NCBI GenBank assembly: GCA_017993235.1
Contig: JAGONC010000002.1
Coordinates: forward strand, 44,683 to 108,682
Source: Lentimicrobiaceae bacterium
Lineage (GTDB): Bacteria > Bacteroidota > Bacteroidia > Bacteroidales > JAGONC01
Direction of reading: 5' to 3'
DNA: 64,000 nt
Positions within the stretch are counted from its first letter, which is position 1. Each line of letters opens with the position of its first letter. The notes beneath the pieces are model-generated. The model worked only from the letters and a program-made list of their open reading frames with translations, searched no databases and had not been told where the DNA came from. Below are positions 54,069 to 61,821 of the stretch, piece after piece. The position numbers and the translations under genes are program-made.

Positions 54069-55128
54069 CCTTTCGTTTATTGAATTTCCAGTATATTTTC
54101 AGAAAGATCCCCAGGGATCGGTTCATGAAGTTTCGTAAAGCAAAAGGCAAATGATCTCCCAGGAGAATCAGCCTGTACATGACGGAGGCATAGATCAGTG
54201 TCGGAAGGATCCAGAGGTATAATCCGGGGGTGAAACGGGTATACTGCCTTTTATACCCTGCTTTCTCAGCAGCTTTCCCTGCTACAAGATCGGCAATCCG
54301 AATCTCACGGGGGCTCATTTCTGTCTTCCAGCGATCGATCCTTTGCGCGGAGATGGGATTGAACAGGCTCTGATGCACCTGTGCGATTTCCTCCGCATTC
54401 GAATAGGCTTTTTCAACTGCGGATTTTTTTTCGTAAAAAGACAGTACGGAAGCATCATAGGGGATCCCAAGAAACTGGCATATTTCCCTGAAATGATGCT
54501 CCGGAGCCGCTACCAGGTCCTCATATCTGATCGAAAAAATCTGGTCCGGAATGCGTTCCTTCAGTTTCCACATCCTCTTCAGGGCAAATTTCCACCGGAA
54601 AACCACCAGGGGTACGATGGGAACTTCAAAATTGACCCTGATCAGCGACAGATAATTATCCCTGTAATCCCGGGTAATGTGAATGATTTTCGCCCCGGGG
54701 AAAAGTTGATGGATCCGCTGTACATAAAGCGAATATCCGGGATTCTTATCCCCAATCCATTGGATCTCTTCCTTTTCAAAGACAGAATTGTAGGATAACC
54801 AGACCTGCATGACCATCGTCTGAAAAGTCGACTTCCCTTCCTTTTCCAAAAGCCGCTGGTAAAGATGCTCCCTGCCGGTCAGCCACTTATCAAAGTACCG
54901 TTGCCTGTAAACATCATCGCAGAATTCCCGGATTTTTGACGGATCCCACTCTGTCACGTTCCGGTATTTCCGGTAGAGATTCATAATGAACGGACTCTCA
55001 GGCGGGACCAGCACCCGGGGATGCGCTTCAAAAAGAAAACGCAGCAGAGTCGTGCCGGAACGGGGCCTGCCAATGATAAAAAAGAAGGAAGGAGATGATG
55101 CCTGATGGCATCCTACCGTTTCATCCAT
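54055..55128 (-). CDS. PAPS-dependent sulfotransferase (paralog 1)
   Basis: The 5'-PSB loop is FFFIIGRPRSGTTLL and the 3'-PB motif is ITRDYRDNYLS. A hydrophobic C-terminal segment is present (GLYLWILPTLIYASVMYRLILLG). Confidence 0.8.
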   Translation of the reverse strand: MDETVGCHQASSPSFFFIIGRPRSGTTLLRFLFEAHPRVLVPPESPFIMNLYRKYRNVTEWDPSKIREFCDDVYRQRYFDKWLTGREHLYQRLLEKEGKSTFQTMVMQVWLSYNSVFEKEEIQWIGDKNPGYSLYVQRIHQLFPGAKIIHITRDYRDNYLSLIRVNFEVPIVPLVVFRWKFALKRMWKLKERIPDQIFSIRYEDLVAAPEHHFREICQFLGIPYDASVLSFYEKKSAVEKAYSNAEEIAQVHQSLFNPISAQRIDRWKTEMSPREIRIADLVAGKAAEKAGYKRQYTRFTPGLYLWILPTLIYASVMYRLILLGDHLPFALRNFMNRSLGIFLKIYWKFNKRKVNPL

Positions 55129-56411
55129 TTTCCGAGTTCTTTCAGGAATATAAAATCACCTTTCTGAAATGCAAGGATCTTTCGAACAGGCATATGGCTA
55201 ATCCTGGAATATACAAAAATGTAAGCTATCGTTCCCAGTGTATAGCTTACGTTGGTCGCCCATACGGCTCCGAGTGCACCCTGTTCAGGTATCCACCACA
55301 GATTCAGCAGGATGTTCACAATAAGGGCAGGTAAAAACACATAAAGGGTAATGTATGGTTTCCCGATACCGGCGATCTGACTGCTTAGGATCCTGAAAAT
55401 GCTGATGAACAGAATTCCCGGTAGGATCATCTGAATGATCTGTACGCTGGGATGAAAGCTTTCTCCCCAGATCACCGGGATGAGCCAGGGTGATAGCATG
55501 GCCAGCACAACCGATACAATCAGGCCCGCTATAAAGGAGATCCTTACCAGCCGGCCGGTGGTCTGATTGATCAGGTGTTGATCCTTTGCGTTGGCCGTAC
55601 GGCTCATCAAGACAATGCCGATCGCCAGGGGAAGCTGCCAGAGCTTTTCAGCGATCGAAACACCCAGCGAATAAAATCCAACCTCCTCCCTGGTCGAAAG
55701 CTCCTGAAGCAGCAGAATATCGATCCGGTAATTTAACTGGATGACCATAAAGGAAAGGGCAAACAGAAATCCCATCGATACCAGGTCACGGATGATCACC
55801 GATTTGTACCTCAGCCGAAAACCATACTCCTTACCCAGGTTGATCCCTGCCCAGAGGGTGATCAGAAAATTGGCCACCAGCAGCGACAGCAATGCACCGG
55901 CGACCTTCCAGTCGAGGATCCACACGAATACCACTATGGCGACCAGGTGAATTAACTCGGAGAACCAGTTGATGAAGTTGGCGTGACCGATCTGCTCCTT
56001 CCCGATAAAAATCCCTCCAAAATAGGCCATGGCCAGACGGAACGGGATCGACAACATCACCAGGATAATATAGGTATGGGTAAAGGACTCATCACCCAGA
56101 AAGATGAATCCGGCTCCCGTGACCAGGATCCCAAGCAGGGAGGTAAAGACCAGGATCATCAGGATACTGCCGATGACTTCAGCCTGTTCATAATGCTTCC
56201 TGCCAAGATAATAGATGGATGAGCCCCTGATCCCGAGTTGCGTGAAACTGACAACGATCAGCGGGATCACCAGGATGGCAGAGTAAATACCAAATCCTTC
56301 AGGACCCAGTCGCCGGGAAAGGATGGCACTGGCCAGTAACCCGGCCACAATCGTAAATACATTGCTGCTCAGAACACCGGCCACATCTTTTAGGAAACTT
56401 CGCTGGGTCAT
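55113..56411 (-). CDS. Wzx-like polysaccharide/oligosaccharide flippase (MOP superfamily)
   Basis: The 432-aa protein has ~12 predicted hydrophobic helices, with the N-terminal pattern ..SNVFTIVAGLLASAILSRRLGPEGFGIYS.. typical of polysaccharide biosynthesis (Wzx) proteins. Confidence 0.75.
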   Translation of the reverse strand: MTQRSFLKDVAGVLSSNVFTIVAGLLASAILSRRLGPEGFGIYSAILVIPLIVVSFTQLGIRGSSIYYLGRKHYEQAEVIGSILMILVFTSLLGILVTGAGFIFLGDESFTHTYIILVMLSIPFRLAMAYFGGIFIGKEQIGHANFINWFSELIHLVAIVVFVWILDWKVAGALLSLLVANFLITLWAGINLGKEYGFRLRYKSVIIRDLVSMGFLFALSFMVIQLNYRIDILLLQELSTREEVGFYSLGVSIAEKLWQLPLAIGIVLMSRTANAKDQHLINQTTGRLVRISFIAGLIVSVVLAMLSPWLIPVIWGESFHPSVQIIQMILPGILFISIFRILSSQIAGIGKPYITLYVFLPALIVNILLNLWWIPEQGALGAVWATNVSYTLGTIAYIFVYSRISHMPVRKILAFQKGDFIFLKELGKWMKR

Positions 56412-56502
56412 GATGCAAAATTAAAAATTTTGGTGAAGGTCTGGCGAGAGGGCATAATTCAAAGAAAATGCGTTATTTTGCCATCACCCAAATTGATCGT
56501 GC

Positions 56503-57954
56503 ATGTTATTCAACTCGCTTGAATACCTGATCTTCCTTCCGGCAGTGGTTGTCATTTACTTCGTCCTCCCGGCCAGAAGACGCTGGATGTTACTTCTTGC
56601 TGCCAGTTATTTTTTCTATTTATCCAACAGGATCGAATATGGCATCCTGATCCTGATCACCACCCTGGTTGATTATTTTGTTGCCCTGAAAATCCATCAG
56701 ACCGCCAGCGTAAAAGGAAAGAAAGGATACCTGGCGATCAGCCTGATTGCCAACCTGGGTATGCTGGCCGGATTCAAGTACCTGGATTTTTTCTCTGAAA
56801 GCGTTAATCTTTTACTCCATTCATTCCATATTCAGGGCGGGTTGCCTGTCTTCGGGATTCTGTTGCCTGTCGGTATCTCCTTCTTTATCTTCAAATCACT
56901 GAGCTATACGATCGACGTATACCGGGGACTGAGAACTCCCGAAAAACATCTGGGATTCTATGCGTTGTACGTTTCCTTCTTCCCCCAGCTCATTTCGGGT
57001 CCTATCGACCGTTCATCCAGCCTGTTACCCCAGTTGCACCATCCCAGGGAATTCAATACCGGATGGCTGATCAGCGGATTGAAGCTGATGCTCTGGGGTT
57101 TCTTTAAAAAGGTGGTCATCGCCGACCGGCTGGGATTGTACGTTGATGAGATTTATAACAATCCCGAGGAATATACCGGATTGTCGGTCATCCTGGCCTC
57201 GGTCCTTTTTGCCTTTCAGCTTTACAGCGACTTTTCAGGATATACGGATATTGCCCGGGGTTCTGCGCGCATCATGGGTTACGACCTGATGATCAACTTC
57301 AACCGCCCCATGATCGCCAAATCACTCCGGGATTTCTGGAACCGCTGGCATATATCGCTTACGACCTGGTTCCGCGATTATGTTCTTTATTCCCTGCCCT
57401 ATATCAGGAACAAAAAGGTCAGTTTCGGCAGACTCTATTTCAACCTGATCATCACTTACCTGCTCATGGGACTCTGGCACGGTGCCGACTGGAACTTCGT
57501 CATCTTTGGATTCCTCAATGGTGTGTTCCTTGTCATAGAGACCACCACGGAAAAACTACGGGAGCGGTTCCTTGACCTGACTGGGATCAGCCGTGCAAGG
57601 TTTTTTAAAAACCTGAACGGAAACATCATTACCCTTTCTCTCATCATTTTTACACTGATCTTTTTCAGAGCCGACAGCCTGGATGAAAGCTTCCTAATTA
57701 TTTCCAATTCATTTGATTTCAGCAACTTAAGTCTATCAATACGAAAAATCCTCCATGATAATGAACTGATATTTGGCATCCTGGCGCTTGTCGTAATGCT
57801 TGTTGCAGAACATATACATGAAAAACACGACCTGGTAAGGATCATCGCATCCAGACCCATCGTGATCCGATGGTCGGTTTATATTGGATTTATCTTTTTT
57901 ATTCTCATTTTTTGGGTACAACAAAAGCAGGAATTCATCTATTTTCAATTCTGA
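56503..57954 (+). CDS. MBOAT-family membrane O-acyltransferase (AlgI/DltB/PatA-like)
   Basis: The N-terminus MLFNSLEYLIFLP, the sequence FWNRWHISLTTWFRDYV (conserved catalytic His context) and the polytopic 483-aa architecture fit MBOAT. Confidence 0.9.
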   Translation: MLFNSLEYLIFLPAVVVIYFVLPARRRWMLLLAASYFFYLSNRIEYGILILITTLVDYFVALKIHQTASVKGKKGYLAISLIANLGMLAGFKYLDFFSESVNLLLHSFHIQGGLPVFGILLPVGISFFIFKSLSYTIDVYRGLRTPEKHLGFYALYVSFFPQLISGPIDRSSSLLPQLHHPREFNTGWLISGLKLMLWGFFKKVVIADRLGLYVDEIYNNPEEYTGLSVILASVLFAFQLYSDFSGYTDIARGSARIMGYDLMINFNRPMIAKSLRDFWNRWHISLTTWFRDYVLYSLPYIRNKKVSFGRLYFNLIITYLLMGLWHGADWNFVIFGFLNGVFLVIETTTEKLRERFLDLTGISRARFFKNLNGNIITLSLIIFTLIFFRADSLDESFLIISNSFDFSNLSLSIRKILHDNELIFGILALVVMLVAEHIHEKHDLVRIIASRPIVIRWSVYIGFIFFILIFWVQQKQEFIYFQF

Positions 57955-57960
57955 CAGGCA

Positions 57961-58959
57961 ATGACCCGAAAAACGATTCACAGATTCCTCCTGTTCCTGA
58001 TCCTGATGGTCATCGTCAATTTCATGCTTGACTGGGCATTTAAGGCATTCTCCGTCCACAACATCATCAACGAGACCATGGACCGGCAATTTGCCGGTTA
58101 CCGGGGGACGATGAAGTACCTGACCATGGGGAATTCGCATAACTGCATCAACACACATATCCTGGAAAACAGCTTCAACTATGGTTCTCCCAGCGAGAAT
58201 TTCATCCAGTCTTACTACAAACTCAAGCACATCCTGGAGGAAACAGGCCAGAGACCCCAGAACCTGATCCTGCAGGCCGATGTCTCTTCATTCGGCCCCA
58301 AAATAGCAAACCGCTTCGAGTACAATTCCTATTGGGCCCACTTCATTAACTACTTTGAGCTGGCCAGGATCACGGGAAACAGGGATGTACTGAGTCAATG
58401 GCTGGAGGGCAGATTCATTTCCTACGCAGGTAACTACAAGGACATTCAGCTTTCCATCTTCTACAGGATCAAGATCAAAACGGTGGAAATTTACAATGGC
58501 TACAGGCCTCACAGGGATTACCGCAACTTTGCCAATGAACCGAACCGGCAGAGGATGGCATGGAACAAAGCAAAACTGATCCTTTCTTCGGAAACTTATC
58601 TGGATTCGTCCATTGCCGTTTATTTTGAGAAGATCCTGCAGCTTTGCCAGGAAAATCAGATCAGGGTGCTGATGGTACGCATCCCGATGTCAAAAGAATT
58701 CTATGAAGAGGAATCCCGGATCGTTCCGGTGGATACCCTGTACGAAGCCGTCGAAAACATTGCATGCCGTTATTCTGTATATGATGGTCTGCTCGACTAC
58801 CATGATCTCTTCTATGACCATCCTGAGTACTTTTTCGATCCTGACCACCTGAACATCAAAGGGGCCGATCTTTTCACAGCGCGGCTGGTAAGGGCTCTCG
58901 GTGAGGTTCCTTCAGCGGGATTTTCGGAAGATGCCGGAGAAATTCCTGGCAATCCATAG
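57961..58959 (+). CDS. Membrane-anchored SGNH-like partner of the MBOAT (DltD/AlgJ/PatB-type)
   Basis: A single N-terminal transmembrane helix is present. MGNSH (block I-like Ser) lies near the N-terminus and FFDPDHLNIKG (D-x-x-H, block V) near the C-terminus. The gene follows the MBOAT gene after 6 nt. The assignment rests on motif layout only. Confidence 0.55.
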   Translation: MTRKTIHRFLLFLILMVIVNFMLDWAFKAFSVHNIINETMDRQFAGYRGTMKYLTMGNSHNCINTHILENSFNYGSPSENFIQSYYKLKHILEETGQRPQNLILQADVSSFGPKIANRFEYNSYWAHFINYFELARITGNRDVLSQWLEGRFISYAGNYKDIQLSIFYRIKIKTVEIYNGYRPHRDYRNFANEPNRQRMAWNKAKLILSSETYLDSSIAVYFEKILQLCQENQIRVLMVRIPMSKEFYEEESRIVPVDTLYEAVENIACRYSVYDGLLDYHDLFYDHPEYFFDPDHLNIKGADLFTARLVRALGEVPSAGFSEDAGEIPGNP

Positions 58960-59958
58960 GGGACCTTTGTTTAAAAGTTTTCCCCTTAACCGGTAAGGCA
59001 ACCGGTCGACCAGATGCGTCATCAGGTAAAGCATTTTTGCATAACTTATTCCCGGCAAGGCCAGCAAGCCAACCCAGGCATGAAAACCGCTGAACTTCCT
59101 TTCATATCCGGCCATTTCCGCATATTTCCCAGCAACCAGGTCGGCTATCCTGACCTGCCGTTCACTCAGGGATCGCTTCCATCGGCCTATTCTGCTTGTA
59201 TTTACCGGATTGAATAAGCTTTGATGATGTCTGCGGAGAACGTCGTGCGGGTATCTCTGCTCAGCCTCTTCCTTTTTTTTATAGAAATCAAAAACCTCCG
59301 GAACAAAGGGTATGGAAAGAAATTCACAAAGATCCCGCAGGTGATGGTCAGGAGAGGTCACCAGGTCTTCATAACGGACGAAATAAAACGATCCCGGGTA
59401 CCTTTTACTGGCCTGAAGAGCTTTTTTATAGAAATATTTCCATTTATAGACCACAAGGGATACCACGGGGAGCTCAAAATCTACATTTCTGACCGATTCA
59501 TAGTTGTCCCGGTAATCCCTGAGGAGGTAGATAAACCGGGCATCTGGGAAGAGTTTTTTCAGGCGGTGGGTATAGAGGGTATACCCGTGGTTTTTATCCC
59601 CGATCAACCGGATGGTCTCCTTGGGATAGAATGAAATATAATTCAGGTATACCACCGTGCAGACCGCCACATAGGATGTTACTCCCTGACATTTTCTGAG
59701 GTCTGCCTTCAACCTGTCGTGATCGACATTCCATGTACTGAATTGCCATTGTTCCAGCAGATCAGCATAAAACCGGTCAAGGATTTCAGTCGTCCACATC
59801 TTGATAGAGCCATAATGTGGGTAAAGGTTCAGCATGAACTGGCATTCCCAGGGGATCTGAACATCAGGGTGAGCGTCGAACAAAGCCCTGAGGAGCGTAG
59901 TCCCTGTGCGGGGTCTGCCGATGATAAAAAAAAACGGGATCGATGACCGTTGCTCCAT
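58912..59958 (-). CDS. PAPS-dependent sulfotransferase (paralog 2)
   Basis: FFFIIGRPRTGTTLL and LLRDYRDNYES are present. The protein is collinear with paralog 1 through QSLFNP..RIGRWK..IADLVAGK. The ATG at 59956-59958 is preferred to the TTG at 59979. The 3' end overlaps the convergent SGNH gene by 48 nt. Confidence 0.8.
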   Translation of the reverse strand: MEQRSSIPFFFIIGRPRTGTTLLRALFDAHPDVQIPWECQFMLNLYPHYGSIKMWTTEILDRFYADLLEQWQFSTWNVDHDRLKADLRKCQGVTSYVAVCTVVYLNYISFYPKETIRLIGDKNHGYTLYTHRLKKLFPDARFIYLLRDYRDNYESVRNVDFELPVVSLVVYKWKYFYKKALQASKRYPGSFYFVRYEDLVTSPDHHLRDLCEFLSIPFVPEVFDFYKKKEEAEQRYPHDVLRRHHQSLFNPVNTSRIGRWKRSLSERQVRIADLVAGKYAEMAGYERKFSGFHAWVGLLALPGISYAKMLYLMTHLVDRLPYRLRGKLLNKGPLWIARNFSGIFRKSR

Positions 59959-60052
59959 CACAGTGGGAAAGAGAAGCAAATATACCCTATTTCATCGTAC
60001 AATCTTCAATTATTCTTATTTTCGCAGGGTCAACACGTTATGAAAGTGAGCC

Positions 60053-61186
60053 ATGGAAGTTCTGTTCAATAAGCCCTATTTAACTGGCAGGGAGTCGCAT
60101 CATCTGGCCCGGGTTGCCCTGTCAGGAAAGTTGTCGGGTAACGGTGAGTATACGCAGATGTGCCAGGATTTTTTCCGGCAACGGTTTGGATTCGGTAAAG
60201 TCCTGCTGACAACCTCCTGCTCCGACGCACTCGAAATGGCTGCCATCCTCTGTGACATTCACCCCGGCGATGAGGTCATCATGCCTTCCTATTCTTTCGT
60301 ATCCACAGCCAATGCATTCCTCCTCAGGGGTGCACACATCCGGTTTGCTGACACCTGCACCGATTACCCGAACATTGATCCCGTATCCATTGAAAAACTG
60401 ATCACTCCCCGCACAAGGGTGATCGTTGTGGTTCATTATGCAGGCGTTGCCTGCGACATGGAATCGGTTATGGCACTTGCCCGTCAGCATGACCTGCTCG
60501 TGGTGGAGGATGCGGCACATGCTCATGACAGCTTTTTCAAGAAGATGCCCCTGGGCAGTATCGGTCACTTCGGTACCTTTTCATTCCACGAAACGAAAAA
60601 CATCATCAGCGGCGAAGGAGGAATGCTGGTGGTGAACGATAAAAAGTTTGAAAAAAGAGCAGAGATCATCTGGGAAAAAGGAACCGACAGAGCAGCTTTC
60701 TCAAGGGGAGAGGTCAGCAAATATGGCTGGAAAGACATCGGATCCTCCTTTTTGCCTTCGGAGATCATCGCAGCAATGCTCTATGCACAGCTTGAAAAAT
60801 ACGATGAGATCCAGGCGAAAAGAAAAAATATTTGGAACGGCTATTACAAAAGGCTCAAACCGCTGGCAGAAGCCAGCCTGATCCGTTTGCCCATCCTTCC
60901 TCAATGGGCTACGGTCAACGGAAGTATGTTCTTTTTGATCACCCGGGACCCTGAGGAGCGTGACGCATTGCTATCGCACCTGAAGAGTGAAGGTGTCTAT
61001 GCTGTCTTTCACTACCTGCCGCTGCACTCCAGCGACTTTTTCCGTCCGCTCCATGATGGCCGTATCCTTCAGCATACGGACCATTTTGCCAGCTGCATCA
61101 TCCGCCTGCCGTTCTATAACGAACTGACCGATTCCGAGATCGACTTTGTAACCTCCGCAATCAAAAAATTCTATACGATTCTTTAA
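60053..61186 (+). CDS. DegT/DnrJ/EryC1-family sugar aminotransferase, WecE-like (dTDP-4-amino-4,6-dideoxyhexose)
   Basis: The N-terminus NKPYLTGRESHHLARVALSGKLSGNGEYTQMCQDFFRQRFG parallels WecE/RffA. The PLP lysine context is FSFHETKNIISGEGGMLV. Confidence 0.85.
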   Translation: MEVLFNKPYLTGRESHHLARVALSGKLSGNGEYTQMCQDFFRQRFGFGKVLLTTSCSDALEMAAILCDIHPGDEVIMPSYSFVSTANAFLLRGAHIRFADTCTDYPNIDPVSIEKLITPRTRVIVVVHYAGVACDMESVMALARQHDLLVVEDAAHAHDSFFKKMPLGSIGHFGTFSFHETKNIISGEGGMLVVNDKKFEKRAEIIWEKGTDRAAFSRGEVSKYGWKDIGSSFLPSEIIAAMLYAQLEKYDEIQAKRKNIWNGYYKRLKPLAEASLIRLPILPQWATVNGSMFFLITRDPEERDALLSHLKSEGVYAVFHYLPLHSSDFFRPLHDGRILQHTDHFASCIIRLPFYNELTDSEIDFVTSAIKKFYTIL

Positions 61187-61239
61187 CTCCTTTCTACCAA
61201 CATGTCATCCCTTCGGGATTTAGATGAATATTATATTAT

Positions 61240-61295
61240 TTCTCCTCTCTCATCTCTCATCTCTCATCTCTCATCTCTCATCTCTCCTCTCCACA
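61240..61295 (+). repeat. Pyrimidine heptamer array (CTCTCAT x5 plus degenerate flanks)
   Basis: Five perfect CTCTCAT units span 61247-61281. The array's complement resembles the purine array at 41105-41146. Confidence 0.9.
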
Positions 61296-61679
61296 CCGGC
61301 ACTCTCCCCGGTGTCCAAGGCGCCCCTGAACGTACCAGTTCATCCTCCAACGCTTTGATATCCTTTTCAGCCCCCGTTCGGATCATCTCCAGTACGGGTG
61401 GAAACTCTTCCAGCAGGATCTCATAATTGTCGATCATTGACACGGTAAAAGCCACTCTGGTCATCCGCCGCTTCAATGATGGCGTACACCACATCCGGAT
61501 TGATTGGACGGATCCATGGCCAGGCAACCGATGGCATAGGCGCCGTAATTGTCAAAAACAGGCTCGAAGGTGGTCCCATTGTTCATGGTTTTCCATATGT
61601 TCCCGCTTGCCACGGCAACGTAGTATTCGCTGTGATCCTCCGGATTTACCGCAAAATCAGCAATGCGACCCGAGGATTT
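61264..61679 (-). pseudogene. Decayed remnant of a large BNR/sortilin(VPS10)-like repeat protein
   Basis: My translation is KSSGRIADFAVNPEDHSEYYVAVASGNIWKTMNNGTTFEPVFDNYGAYAIGCLAMDPSN, then a 4-bp CAAT duplication frameshift (~61500-61507). It continues NPDVVYAIIEAADDQSGFYRVND, then another shift to ..LEDELVRSGAPWTPGRVPVW. There is no start codon, and only ~0.4 kb survives of a gene type that is normally ~3 kb. Confidence 0.6.
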
Positions 61680-61821
61680 TTAACAATCTTTTAAACATAA
61701 TGTAAGGATTTGGCAACATTTTTGTTTTTGATATCCGGTTTTTTTCTGTACAATTTACTAAGAAACAAAATCAAGGGACTTACAACCCTGAAAATTTAGA
61801 AGTCATTAAAATAGGATTCTC

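Noticed and set aside
44035-61186. The locus read as a complete Wzx/Wzy O-antigen or capsule cluster.
   Set aside because: I could find no Wzy polymerase, chain-length regulator, Wza/Wzc exporter or priming phosphoglycosyltransferase within it. The gene set fits post-export decoration better.
61202-61426. A 74-aa plus-strand ORF (..SPLSSLISHLSSLISPLH..), plus the other plus-strand ORFs at 61427-61705.
   Set aside because: The first is a translation of the CTCTCAT array. The others are antisense shadows of the decayed BNR-like remnant.
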